Shown here: one piece after another, positions 1 through 8,571 of the stretch
How the letters are laid out: the number at the start of each line of letters is the position of its first letter
Position numbering within the stretch: position 1 is the first letter of the stretch
DNA from: an uncultured Candidatus Saccharibacteria bacterium
Lineage (GTDB): Bacteria > Patescibacteriota > Minisyncoccia > Phycocordibacterales > Zambryskibacteraceae
Assembly (NCBI GenBank): GCA_964569075.1
Contig: CAZMSV010000002.1
Coordinates: 1 to 27,740 of the forward strand
Direction: 5' to 3'
DNA: 27,740 nucleotides
Notes under the pieces: generated by a model
The model's input: only the letters and a program-made list of their open reading frames with translations
The model's database searches: none
What the model was told of the DNA's origin: nothing
Program-made: the position numbers and the translations under genes

Positions 1-63
1 CCGGATTGCCCCTTGAAGCTCCGTCAGTAAATATAGTTATATTTTGCATTAAAAGATTTTAAC

Positions 64-101
64 ATACACAAAACCGCCCGAGGCACAAAGCCACGGGCGG
101 G
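64..101 (-). terminator. Intrinsic terminator-like hairpin, copy 1 of a duplicated 38-bp element
   Basis: Minus strand cccgcccg...cgggcgg stem followed by TTTTGTGTAT; matches 347-384 at 36/38 nt. Confidence 0.6.
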
Positions 102-152
102 CAAAAAGGTTCAAGTTCCCAAAGACCGGAGTCTAGAGAAACTTATTTTTGA

Positions 153-185
153 GGACCAACTAGGAAAGTTATGTGCTAGTGGTCC
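153..185. repeat. Internally deleted copy of the CCTATAGG-core palindrome
   Basis: ggaccaactag|gaaagttatgtgctagtggtcc; the right arm is identical to that of the 1339-1378 palindrome and most of the left arm is missing. Confidence 0.7.
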
Positions 186-203
186 CATATTAACTACTAC
201 CCC

Positions 204-241
204 CCTCCAACAAACAAACCTATAGGTTTGTTTGTTGGAGG
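204..241. repeat. Perfect 38-bp palindrome, CCTATAGG core
   Basis: cctccaacaaacaaa-cctatagg-tttgtttgttggagg read directly. Confidence 0.95.
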
Positions 242-277
242 CCTTGTATTAACTATCCCCTCTATTTTTGCTACCAT

Positions 278-325
278 CCCCCATACACGCATTTCTCACG
301 ACCGTGAGAAATGCGTGTATGGGGG
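278..325. repeat. 48-bp palindrome, ACG-AC-CGT core
   Basis: Perfect 23-bp arms cccccatacacgcatttctcacg / cgtgagaaatgcgtgtatggggg around a 2-nt centre. Confidence 0.95.
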
Positions 326-346
326 TGTTTAAAATTTGAATCATAG

Positions 347-384
347 ATACACAAAACCGCCCGAGGCACGAAGCCCCGGGCGGG
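347..384 (-). terminator. Intrinsic terminator of the 395-1228 gene, copy 2 of the 38-bp element
   Basis: GC stem plus T-tract on the minus strand, 10 nt after the TAG at 395. Confidence 0.7.
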
Positions 385-394
385 GTACAACCTA

Positions 395-1228
395 CTACAC
401 AAACATACTACCCTGAGAGGCAAGAGCCTTGAATTCTCCTGGCAATACCTCAAAGGAGTCGCGGAGATTCTTCATACCTCTGTCTCGTATCTCCCGGATT
501 CTCTCCCTAGTAATGCCTAATTTCCTGCCGATCTCCTCCAGGGTCATCGGCCGAGCTTCAAAGCCGAAATACAACTCCACGACATTGCGATCCATTGGCG
601 AGATTCTGCCAAGCCACTCTTCCAGAATCGGACCATGAATCTTATCGTCCCAAACTGGAACAAGGTTGGTCGCCCATTCTTGCCGAGAGCTGAGGAGGGC
701 GATGGCATCAATGAGATCTCTCTCTGATCTGGGAATGTCCTCAACTGGAATATCCGCCAGAGAATCGAGATACTCACCCCACAGAGATCCGTGGTAAACA
801 CCAGCATCGGGGAGACGGTAACCAAGAATACCTGCCATGAGGGCTTCGACTGGACTTCTTGGCGTGTACCTCCAGACCATACGCCAAGAAAGCCTTTCCA
901 TCCCCTCACAAGCCAAGAGTATCCTCTCCTCCCTCAAGACAGAGCAAATCGCCATCTCAAGAAAACAGAGAAACTCATCCCTAAGTCTCGACGGAATCAG
1001 CCTAATTTCCGACAACTTCTTGATAAGATTCTGGTATGTCCTACCGTTTCCTGAATACTTCGGTCGATCTGGAAAAGCTCTGGCTCCACCAAGTTCGCGA
1101 GCCACCACACTGTTAACGGTAGCTTCACTGACCCCTAGAAACTCGGCAATGGTTAGCCTTTTGACTCCCAAGGAAAACAGGGCCTCGAGAACAAGTTTAT
1201 GTTTCCCAGTTATAAGCCTCTTAACCAC
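395..1228 (-). CDS. Sigma-70 region-4-like HTH DNA-binding protein, with a second HTH at the N-terminus
   Basis: C-terminal MTLEEIGRKLGITRERIREIRDRGMKNLR is a classic sigma region 4 motif; N-terminal TIAEFLGVSEATVNSVV is HTH-like; GTG start with AAGGAG SD; no region 2 recognised. Confidence 0.75.
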   Translation of the reverse strand: MVKRLITGKHKLVLEALFSLGVKRLTIAEFLGVSEATVNSVVARELGGARAFPDRPKYSGNGRTYQNLIKKLSEIRLIPSRLRDEFLCFLEMAICSVLREERILLACEGMERLSWRMVWRYTPRSPVEALMAGILGYRLPDAGVYHGSLWGEYLDSLADIPVEDIPRSERDLIDAIALLSSRQEWATNLVPVWDDKIHGPILEEWLGRISPMDRNVVELYFGFEARPMTLEEIGRKLGITRERIREIRDRGMKNLRDSFEVLPGEFKALASQGSMFV

Positions 1229-1338
1229 GAGAACACTCCTTGTGTTAAATGAACTACAATATGAATCTGCTATCTATAAAGCACGTGAGAATGGATATGT
1301 CAATCTTTAAGCTCCTAGGTTCAACAAGTAAGTGCACC

Positions 1339-1378
1339 ACTAGCACATAACTCTCCTATAGGAAAGTTATGTGCTAGT
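1339..1378. repeat. 40-bp palindrome, CCTATAGG core
   Basis: actagcacataactct-cctatagg-aaagttatgtgctagt, one mismatch. Confidence 0.95.
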
Positions 1379-1413
1379 TGACCTATGTTAACTCTCTACC
1401 ATACATATATACC

Positions 1414-1459
1414 ACCCATACACACATTCCTCGCGGTCGTGAGAAATGTGTGTATGGGT
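1414..1459. repeat. 46-bp palindrome, CG-GT-CG core (reverse orientation of the 278-325 type)
   Basis: acccatacacacattcctcgcg-gt-cgtgagaaatgtgtgtatgggt; arms homologous to 278-325. Confidence 0.92.
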
Positions 1460-1555
1460 ATTTTAACGCACGCTCCAGCCAGAGCTAGAGCTAGGGGGTT
1501 ATATCAAAAATAATCTCACCCGCACTCGCGCGTGGGATTCACTATTTCTTTTTAT

Positions 1556-3268
1556 TTAAACAATGTCAACAATCCTCAAACGAAGCTCTGGAAAAGACCT
1601 GAACATTGATTTTTCTAAAGTTGCCACCACGTTTACAAACTTGCCACTTTCTGGAACGACTCTGTATTTTTCTGCATTTGTAAAAAAAGATATTGCTTTC
1701 ATTGGTTTGCCCCTCCTCTCAAAAGAAACCTCCAAATGATTCTTATCTTTACCAAACTGTTTTGCCTCTAAAACTTTCGCACCTGACACTAGAAATATAG
1801 GTTTTGGATTGCCAACACCAAATGGAGCTAGGCGCTCAATATGCCGATACATATCCCAATCTATTTCATCCATAGATATTTCACCATCTATAAAAACTGA
1901 TTCGTCGCCGTCTGTCTTTGGTAAGGTTTCAAAAACTTTATTCAAAGATTCTTCAAGTGTATGTATCTGCTCGTGAGAAACCTCAAAACCTCCAGCCATC
2001 TTATGTCCACCAAATTGAACGAAGCTGTCTTTGGCTTTCTCCATAAGAGAAATCATATCTGTCACGCCTTCAGAACGGCACGAACCCTTGAGAAGTGAAT
2101 CTCCATTTCTCCCCCAGAGAAATATTGGCCTAGGAAAATCATCTAAGACACTATTAGCGGCGAGACCTAGAAGCGACGGACGCCACTTCGGGTTACCAAG
2201 GACCAAAACAGACGGCAATGGTCCCGCTAATTCTCTCTCACGAATATGTTTTTTAATTTCCTTGACCAAAGATGCCACAACTCCTTTTCTTTCATCATTT
2301 ATTTTATTTAAATGCTCACTAGCGATGCCAGCTTCTTCTATGTCGTTCGTTTTTAAAAGACGAAAAGCGTCGTCGGGATGGCCCATACGAGAAGCGGCAT
2401 TTATTCTAGGCGACAAAGAAAAGCCAATATCATCTTCTGATATGTATCTTTGGTCAATTCTTAATTTTTTCCATATTTGCTGAAGACCTGGGCGTGGTGA
2501 TTTACGCAAAACCCTAAGTCCATAGTGAGCTAGGGCGCGGTTCTCACCGACTAATGGCACCATGTCAGAGAGGGTGGCCATACCGACAAGATCTAGGAGC
2601 CACTTTTCTTTTCCTTCACCCAAACCAAAGCGATTCTTTTGCAAAATTGCCTGCACAAGCTTAAAGGCTACTCCAGAACCACAGAGTATCTTCTCTGGGT
2701 AAGTACAGTCTATTTGTTTTGGATTCACAATGGCAAAAGCTTTAGGCAAAATTTCTCCCGGTTCATGGTGATCTGTGATAATTACATCAATACCTAGATC
2801 TTGGGCGCGAGCGACTTCTCCACTGTCAGAGATTCCACAATCAATTGTAATTATTAGCTCTATTCCCTTCTCTTTAAATGTTTCTACAGCCTCAAGATGA
2901 AGGCCATATCCTTCATTGTGCCTATGTGGGATATAGTTTTCAAAGTTACTAAAACCAATACGTTCAAAAAAATCTGCGAGCATTACTCCCCCAGGAATAC
3001 CATCTGCATCATAGTCGCTATATATGAGGACTTTTTGATTATTTTCTATTGCACTAAGTATCCTAGTAACTGCCTTCTCCATTCCCTTGAGCAAAAATGG
3101 GTCATGTAAGTCTAAATCGTAGTCAGGATTTAGGAATTTTTCTGCTGAAGACATATCCTCAAGACCACGATGATATAAAAGTTTCCTTAAAAGCGGGTGA
3201 TAGGAAAGAAGCGCCTCATCAAACTCTTTCGGAACATTCGGTCGGACTTTGTATTCTTTTCTCGACAT
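1556..3268 (-). CDS. recJ: Single-stranded DNA-specific exonuclease RecJ
   Basis: DHH-family motifs YSDYDADG, ITIDCG, ITDHH, SPRINAASR, GGHKMAGG; start placed at MSRKEY (the ORF track extends to 3307). Confidence 0.96.
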   Translation of the reverse strand: MSRKEYKVRPNVPKEFDEALLSYHPLLRKLLYHRGLEDMSSAEKFLNPDYDLDLHDPFLLKGMEKAVTRILSAIENNQKVLIYSDYDADGIPGGVMLADFFERIGFSNFENYIPHRHNEGYGLHLEAVETFKEKGIELIITIDCGISDSGEVARAQDLGIDVIITDHHEPGEILPKAFAIVNPKQIDCTYPEKILCGSGVAFKLVQAILQKNRFGLGEGKEKWLLDLVGMATLSDMVPLVGENRALAHYGLRVLRKSPRPGLQQIWKKLRIDQRYISEDDIGFSLSPRINAASRMGHPDDAFRLLKTNDIEEAGIASEHLNKINDERKGVVASLVKEIKKHIRERELAGPLPSVLVLGNPKWRPSLLGLAANSVLDDFPRPIFLWGRNGDSLLKGSCRSEGVTDMISLMEKAKDSFVQFGGHKMAGGFEVSHEQIHTLEESLNKVFETLPKTDGDESVFIDGEISMDEIDWDMYRHIERLAPFGVGNPKPIFLVSGAKVLEAKQFGKDKNHLEVSFERRGKPMKAISFFTNAEKYRVVPESGKFVNVVATLEKSMFRSFPELRLRIVDIV

Positions 3269-3292
3269 AAAAAGCATTGTATCATGAGACCT

Positions 3293-3703
3293 ATGAATAC
3301 TGACCAATGCATCTTTTGCAAAATAATTAAAAAAGAAATACCAGCAGAAATAGTTTATGACGATTCTGAAGCTGTTGGCTTTTTAGACATTAACCCAGTA
3401 AATGAGGGGCACCTTCTTTTGATACCCAAGGAGCACCACGAAAGTATGTCTGCTACCCCTGACGACCTTGTGGGTAAACTTTTCACGACAGCCAAACATA
3501 TTATGCCTAAGCTTAAAGAAGCAACGAAAGCGGACTTTATAGCAGTGACTGTCGTTGGCACTGATGTTCCCCATTTCCACATTCATCTTGTCCCACGAAA
3601 AAAAGATGACGGCTTGGCCGGATTTTGGCCAACAAAGAAATATGAAAGTGATGAGGAACTAAAACTAATAGGAGAAAAAATTAGAAACAGCCTTGAGGAA
3701 TAG
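3293..3703 (+). CDS. hit: HIT family hydrolase
   Basis: CIFCKII N-terminus and HFHIHLVPR histidine triad; start placed at MNTDQC. Confidence 0.95.
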   Translation: MNTDQCIFCKIIKKEIPAEIVYDDSEAVGFLDINPVNEGHLLLIPKEHHESMSATPDDLVGKLFTTAKHIMPKLKEATKADFIAVTVVGTDVPHFHIHLVPRKKDDGLAGFWPTKKYESDEELKLIGEKIRNSLEE

Positions 3704-3762
3704 CGACAAAGGTGTATACTCGCAGAAGAATCTGAACCCAACCCTAAGGCGAAAGGAAATGT

Positions 3763-3966
3763 ATGAGAGAAGACCTGTATGAAATGCTCTTTGCTGTCTT
3801 TGGCATTGCATTGGGGGCAATCCTCAAGTGGTCGCCAATCCAAGCGGAAAAAATTGGAATTCTTCTCATAATTCTAGGATCGGGAGCCCTTCTTGTTATT
3901 CTGGGACAATTCGCCACAAAGCGACTTGGGGCGCTCATCCGCCGTCCGCCCTCACGAACACCGTGA
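3763..3966 (+). CDS. Small hypothetical membrane protein (two hydrophobic segments)
   Basis: 67 aa; GAAAGGA upstream; hairpin ccctcacg-aacac-cgtgaggg over the stop. Confidence 0.55.
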   Translation: MREDLYEMLFAVFGIALGAILKWSPIQAEKIGILLIILGSGALLVILGQFATKRLGALIRRPPSRTP

Positions 3967-3991
3967 GGGCTTTAGTATTTATATAAATAAA

Positions 3992-5086
3992 TTAATTTAA
4001 AGCATCTATACCAGGTAAGGTCTCATTGGCAAGAAATTCAAGCATCGCACCACCTCCAGTAGAGACAAAGGAAAATTTATTTTCCAGACCAAGCTCCGCT
4101 ATGGAGGCAATAGTATCTCCACCACCAACGATTGAGGTGGCGTCAGAATCCGCAAGTATTTTCGCCAGAGAAAGTGTGCTCTCTTTAAACCCTCTCTCAT
4201 AATTTCCAAGTGGGCCATTCCACAAAACAAATTGCGCCTTAGCAATTTGATCCCTAACAAGCTCCATTGATTGAGGCCCAACATCAGAAATAACATCACC
4301 CAGAGCAATATCTTCAATCTTTTTTATTTCTCTTCTCCCATTATTTTCAACCACCACATCAACTGGAAGAATGAGCTTTTCGTTAAGAAACTCATTAAAA
4401 TTTAAATCTTTTTCTGAAAGCAGTGAATTTCCAGTATTCAAACCTTGCGCTCTAAAGAAATCATTAGCTAAAGCACCGCCAATAAAAACACTATCAGCCA
4501 ATTTAAAAAATTTTCTAACTAACGGCAACTTAGTGTCAAATTTTGCTCCACCTAAAACAAAAAAGAATGGGTGGTCTGAGTTAAAAGCATAAGACAATTC
4601 TCTTATTTCCCCCTCTAATGACATTCCAGCATATGAAGGCAAGATCTTTGGAATACCTACAACTGAGGCGTGCTCTCTGTGAGACACAGAAAAAGCCTCG
4701 TTCACATAACAGTCAGCGAAACTTGCTATATGTTTGGAAAATGCCTCATCATTAGAAATTTCTTCTGGATACTTTCTCAAATTTTCTAAAAGAAAAACAT
4801 CTGAAGATGAGAAATCTGGGACCGCTGGGAAATAGTCATCAATAAAATCTATTTTGTATTTTGTTTTGAGATACTTAAATACAGGGCGAAGGGTCTTATC
4901 ACCGCCTTCAATATGGCTCGCCAGGATTATCTTGGCCCCAGAAGCACGCAGAAAATCTATTGTTTCTAGTGCTTTTTTAATACGAAAATCGTCGCTCACA
5001 ACACCGTCTACAATAGGTACATTAAAATCTGCCCGTACAAAAACAGTCTTGCCAGCAAAATCTTTATGATCTTTTAATGATTTCAT
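3992..5086 (-). CDS. pgk: Phosphoglycerate kinase
   Basis: VRADFNVP, LLENLR, LGGAKFDTK, WNGPLG, GGGDT, STGGGAMLEFL. Confidence 0.97.
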   Translation of the reverse strand: MKSLKDHKDFAGKTVFVRADFNVPIVDGVVSDDFRIKKALETIDFLRASGAKIILASHIEGGDKTLRPVFKYLKTKYKIDFIDDYFPAVPDFSSSDVFLLENLRKYPEEISNDEAFSKHIASFADCYVNEAFSVSHREHASVVGIPKILPSYAGMSLEGEIRELSYAFNSDHPFFFVLGGAKFDTKLPLVRKFFKLADSVFIGGALANDFFRAQGLNTGNSLLSEKDLNFNEFLNEKLILPVDVVVENNGRREIKKIEDIALGDVISDVGPQSMELVRDQIAKAQFVLWNGPLGNYERGFKESTLSLAKILADSDATSIVGGGDTIASIAELGLENKFSFVSTGGGAMLEFLANETLPGIDALN

Positions 5087-5089
5087 ACA

Positions 5090-5848
5090 TTACAAACTAT
5101 CCACTATCTTCAAAATTGGATTAAATGTTTCTGGAGACAGACTTGCTCCGCCAACAAGAAATCCTTTCACCTCTCCATTCTTAATCAAATCTTCCGCATT
5201 GCCTTCTTTTACCGAACCACCATAAATAATTCTGACATTTAAAGCAGTTTCTCTCCCGCACAATTCTCCAAGAATTTTTTGAATGTATAAAACTGTTTCA
5301 TGAAGTTTTCTAGAACTCATTGCGTCCTCGGCGTTTTTACCGATAGCCCATATTGGTTCATAGGCAATGATGATATTTGAAAAATGATTTCGTGATACTC
5401 CCGAGAAAGCAGACTTGATTTGATTTGAAAGAAAAGAAAGATACGCCCCCGCAGTGTCGTGCTCACTTTCACCAATGCAAATTACTGGGGTCATTCCTTC
5501 TTTTAGAACAGCTTTTATTTTTTTGTTTACCTGACTATCGGTCTCGCCCAATGCCCTTCTTTCTGAGTGCCCAACAATTACGTACTTAACGCCAAGATCC
5601 TTTAATTGCGAGGCGCTAATCTCTCCAGTGTATGCGCCTTGTTCTGCCCAAAACACATCCTGTGCACCTAATGCGAGCTTCTTGCTTTTTGTTTGGCACA
5701 AAGAGGTATAAACAAAAGGTGGGGCCACGACCACCTCGGTCTTCTTCATTTTTGATGCGAGTTTGGATATTCCTAAAAATAATTTATTCGCTTCTTTTGA
5801 GGTATCTGGATTTAGTTTCCAGTTTCCGATAACGATTTTTTTTAGCAT
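5090..5848 (-). CDS. tpiA: Triosephosphate isomerase
   Basis: GNWK, GAYTGEIS, VGHSERR, AYEPIWAIG, YGGSV, LVGGASL. Confidence 0.98.
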   Translation of the reverse strand: MLKKIVIGNWKLNPDTSKEANKLFLGISKLASKMKKTEVVVAPPFVYTSLCQTKSKKLALGAQDVFWAEQGAYTGEISASQLKDLGVKYVIVGHSERRALGETDSQVNKKIKAVLKEGMTPVICIGESEHDTAGAYLSFLSNQIKSAFSGVSRNHFSNIIIAYEPIWAIGKNAEDAMSSRKLHETVLYIQKILGELCGRETALNVRIIYGGSVKEGNAEDLIKNGEVKGFLVGGASLSPETFNPILKIVDSL

Positions 5849-5864
5849 GTTCCCTGAAAAATTT

Positions 5865-6119
5865 TTATCTATTAAAAAAGTTGTTTAAGATTTTCTTTAT
5901 ATACGTTCGACCCCACTGTGTTTTCATATAAATCTCACGCTCATAAGCATCTTTTGAGTCTATATAGGCTTCGTAATAGATTAACACAAAAGGAGAACGT
6001 TTTTTAGTTGAAGCAACTTTTTTCGCATTATGCAGTTTTAGCCTAGCTTTCAGGTCTTTTGTACAACCAATATACAAATCATTATCTTTCTTGCTTTGGA
6101 GCACGTAAACGTACTGCAC
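5865..6119 (-). CDS. Small GIY-YIG nuclease family protein (UPF0213-like)
   Basis: YVYVL...LYIGCT.DL.ARL..HN...STK...LIYYEAY...A..RE motif set, 84 aa. Confidence 0.9.
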   Translation of the reverse strand: MQYVYVLQSKKDNDLYIGCTKDLKARLKLHNAKKVASTKKRSPFVLIYYEAYIDSKDAYEREIYMKTQWGRTYIKKILNNFFNR

Positions 6120-6161
6120 AATGGGTAGATAAAAACTTTAGAGGGTAAATTACATCATGTG

Positions 6162-7484
6162 CTATTTTGACTCTCTCCACCTTTTGATTTTCCATTTTCC
6201 ACCAGGCCCCGAAGAAAAAAGCGGCTGCGCTAACCCTGTGCTGTAAATCACTTGAACATTGTTGCTAAGTGTTAATTTATACGAAGTAACTTCGCGCAAA
6301 ATTACATTATTAGAAAGACTGACTTCTCCATGTGGAGCATAGAGAAGTAATCTTCCTGTAACATTGTTACCCACAGAAATTGCCAATGCGGCTCCACCAG
6401 ATTCGGCACCTGTATTACGGGAAATAAGCATCACATAGGAATCTGCGTTAGGGATACCGTTTGCGTTAGAACCGTAAAACATCGGGTTGTTACTTATGCC
6501 AATAGTGCCTCCACTTACCCTATTCGACGTTTTATCTACAATAATAGTTACACTATTGTTGCCAACAGAGTCATTAACTTTAAATGTCGGATTGCCACTT
6601 ATTGTAAGGTTGCCATTTATCCATACAGTACCGACAAGAGTAACAACTGTGCTGTTACCACTAATCGTTACGTCGCAATTAATTTGATTTGGCCCAATAG
6701 TTGTCGAAGAATTTATGACATAAGGACATGTATTAATTACCCCACCTGCCGTAGCGTCACCTTCCCATTGATCGAGCAAAGAATCTGAGATGGGCATGGG
6801 AACAGAAATCTGATTTGAGCTACCTGGATATTTTGTACCTTTAACTACACTTGCAACGTCGATTGTTTGGTAATAAGCATCTTTATCTGCAATTGAATTA
6901 GTAATACTGCTGGCATACAAGCTTGATGTGGCATGCACCCTTCCAATACTCCCTGTGTTCCCAGTAGAAACAGCGTCTCCCGCTATAGTGTTGCTACCGC
7001 TACTATCACCCAGTATTGGGCCATCAGAATACACGTTGCCAATAATGTCCGAATTATTAAGCATACGTAAGCCCCCAGGCCCAACTTGAACAGCAAAATT
7101 AAAAGCAAACCCATCAGTAACTGTAAGTCTCTTTACCACACTACGAATAAGATTTCTATTGTTCCCTTGGGAAAAAATTTCTTTCTCATTGCTTCCTATC
7201 GGAGTAACGGTGGTAGTCGATGTTGCTCCGGCTAACGCCATGGTCACTGGTAAGGTGACCACAATATTATTACGAATCCGATAATAAACATCCTCACTTC
7301 CAGCTTCAGCAGTAAAATAACTTTGTTTAGAAGAATGCAAATCAATTTGCCCTTGAAGTTGATGAACAATGGGTGACACGACACCAAGGACCACAGTTGA
7401 GGCTGCTATGGTAAAAAGAATTACCGCCGTCATGAGTACTTGGCCTTGTTGATTATGAAGAAAGCTTTTTTTTACCTGTTTCAT
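6162..7484 (-). CDS. PilX-like minor pilin / pilus-tip protein
   Basis: QQG|QVLMTAVILF prepilin-like N-terminus, S..aY..AEaG.E motif, long beta-rich domain; last gene of the pilin cluster. Confidence 0.75.
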   Translation of the reverse strand: MKQVKKSFLHNQQGQVLMTAVILFTIAASTVVLGVVSPIVHQLQGQIDLHSSKQSYFTAEAGSEDVYYRIRNNIVVTLPVTMALAGATSTTTVTPIGSNEKEIFSQGNNRNLIRSVVKRLTVTDGFAFNFAVQVGPGGLRMLNNSDIIGNVYSDGPILGDSSGSNTIAGDAVSTGNTGSIGRVHATSSLYASSITNSIADKDAYYQTIDVASVVKGTKYPGSSNQISVPMPISDSLLDQWEGDATAGGVINTCPYVINSSTTIGPNQINCDVTISGNSTVVTLVGTVWINGNLTISGNPTFKVNDSVGNNSVTIIVDKTSNRVSGGTIGISNNPMFYGSNANGIPNADSYVMLISRNTGAESGGAALAISVGNNVTGRLLLYAPHGEVSLSNNVILREVTSYKLTLSNNVQVIYSTGLAQPLFSSGPGGKWKIKRWRESK

Positions 7485-7506
7485 AGATTTTGGTAAAGTG
7501 TTTGTG

Positions 7507-8055
7507 TTATTGAACTGGATAGGACCCCCTCATAACTACGGTTGAGTAAAAATTCTTTACTTTATAACTCGCTCCCTGACCGCTTTCTACTGTCATCTCA
7601 ATCTTTACGGCATTCGACTGTGTAGACGAGATGGACCGAAACACAAGATTAGTAACTCTGGCTGACGCGTTCGATAGGGGTCCAATGTCTGTGTCAGAGA
7701 CCGCGATACGAATAGCTTGCCCGCTCAAAAAAAACTTTATCGTTGTCGCCGTCCCTGCTTCATCTTGTGTATTGATAGTAAGCTGGCCAGGAGAGGTACC
7801 TAGGGTACTTTGTGTTACATTTATACTTAATGCATCTCTAATATCTCTGGTCATTCTTTCCATAGCTATTTGAGCAGTTGATTCTATCGTTTGGGTAGAT
7901 TGGATGGTTCGAAATGAACGAGTCAGTAATGCCAAAGCGTTTACCACGACAACTAACACGAGGAGTAAAATGACAATGTATACAATGGTTTCAACCAATG
8001 AAAATCCACGATTTTGATGTTTATCCCTTCGTGTTTTTGTAAAGAAAAAAGTCAT
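7507..8055 (-). CDS. Prepilin-type minor pilin (PilW/PulJ-like)
   Basis: Class III signal RG|FSLVE followed by a hydrophobic helix; TGATG overlap with the upstream gene. Confidence 0.88.
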   Translation of the reverse strand: MTFFFTKTRRDKHQNRGFSLVETIVYIVILLLVLVVVVNALALLTRSFRTIQSTQTIESTAQIAMERMTRDIRDALSINVTQSTLGTSPGQLTINTQDEAGTATTIKFFLSGQAIRIAVSDTDIGPLSNASARVTNLVFRSISSTQSNAVKIEMTVESGQGASYKVKNFYSTVVMRGSYPVQ

Positions 8056-8567
8056 CAGTTATTGAAGATATTAGTAAGGTATGTAGACAACGACCGTGTA
8101 GTAGTAGCTCCGTTTGACGACCATGACACGGAAACTGTAACAAGTCTGATATTTGCATCTAACGTTCCTTCAGATGAAACAATATTTTGTGCGTTATTAC
8201 GATATACATTTCCTAAAGTGACTTTACGTTCAAAAGTACCGTCCACAAACGTGTTCGTGGTTGTTGCTTTCCAAGTTGCACCATCAAATGTCAAATAAAA
8301 TGGGGTGTTTACTGACTGCGATACTATTTGTGCCGTCCATCCATTATCACGCATAACACGCACGACTTCCTGTCCCTCTTCTTCTAAGAAGGTCGCTTGC
8401 ACTTTTGCTGTATTGGCGGTGGACAATTTCAAAATATTACTAAATACCAACATCAACGATAGGGTTACAACGAGACACACACTAGTTGCAATAACAGCTT
8501 CTACAAGAGCGAAGCCGTCAGTTTTTTTAATGTTGGATATCAGTTTTATTTTAGTAAACTTTGACAT
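8055..8567 (-). CDS. Prepilin-type minor pilin (PilV-like)
   Basis: DG|FALVE class III signal; start placed at MSKFTK (8567). Confidence 0.85.
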   Translation of the reverse strand: MSKFTKIKLISNIKKTDGFALVEAVIATSVCLVVTLSLMLVFSNILKLSTANTAKVQATFLEEEGQEVVRVMRDNGWTAQIVSQSVNTPFYLTFDGATWKATTTNTFVDGTFERKVTLGNVYRNNAQNIVSSEGTLDANIRLVTVSVSWSSNGATTTRSLSTYLTNIFNN

Positions 8568-8571
8568 GAAA

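Noticed and set aside
153-1459. Integron attC cassette array
   Set aside because: The palindromes lack RYYYAAC...GTTRRRY ends and extrahelical bases, and no integrase is present.
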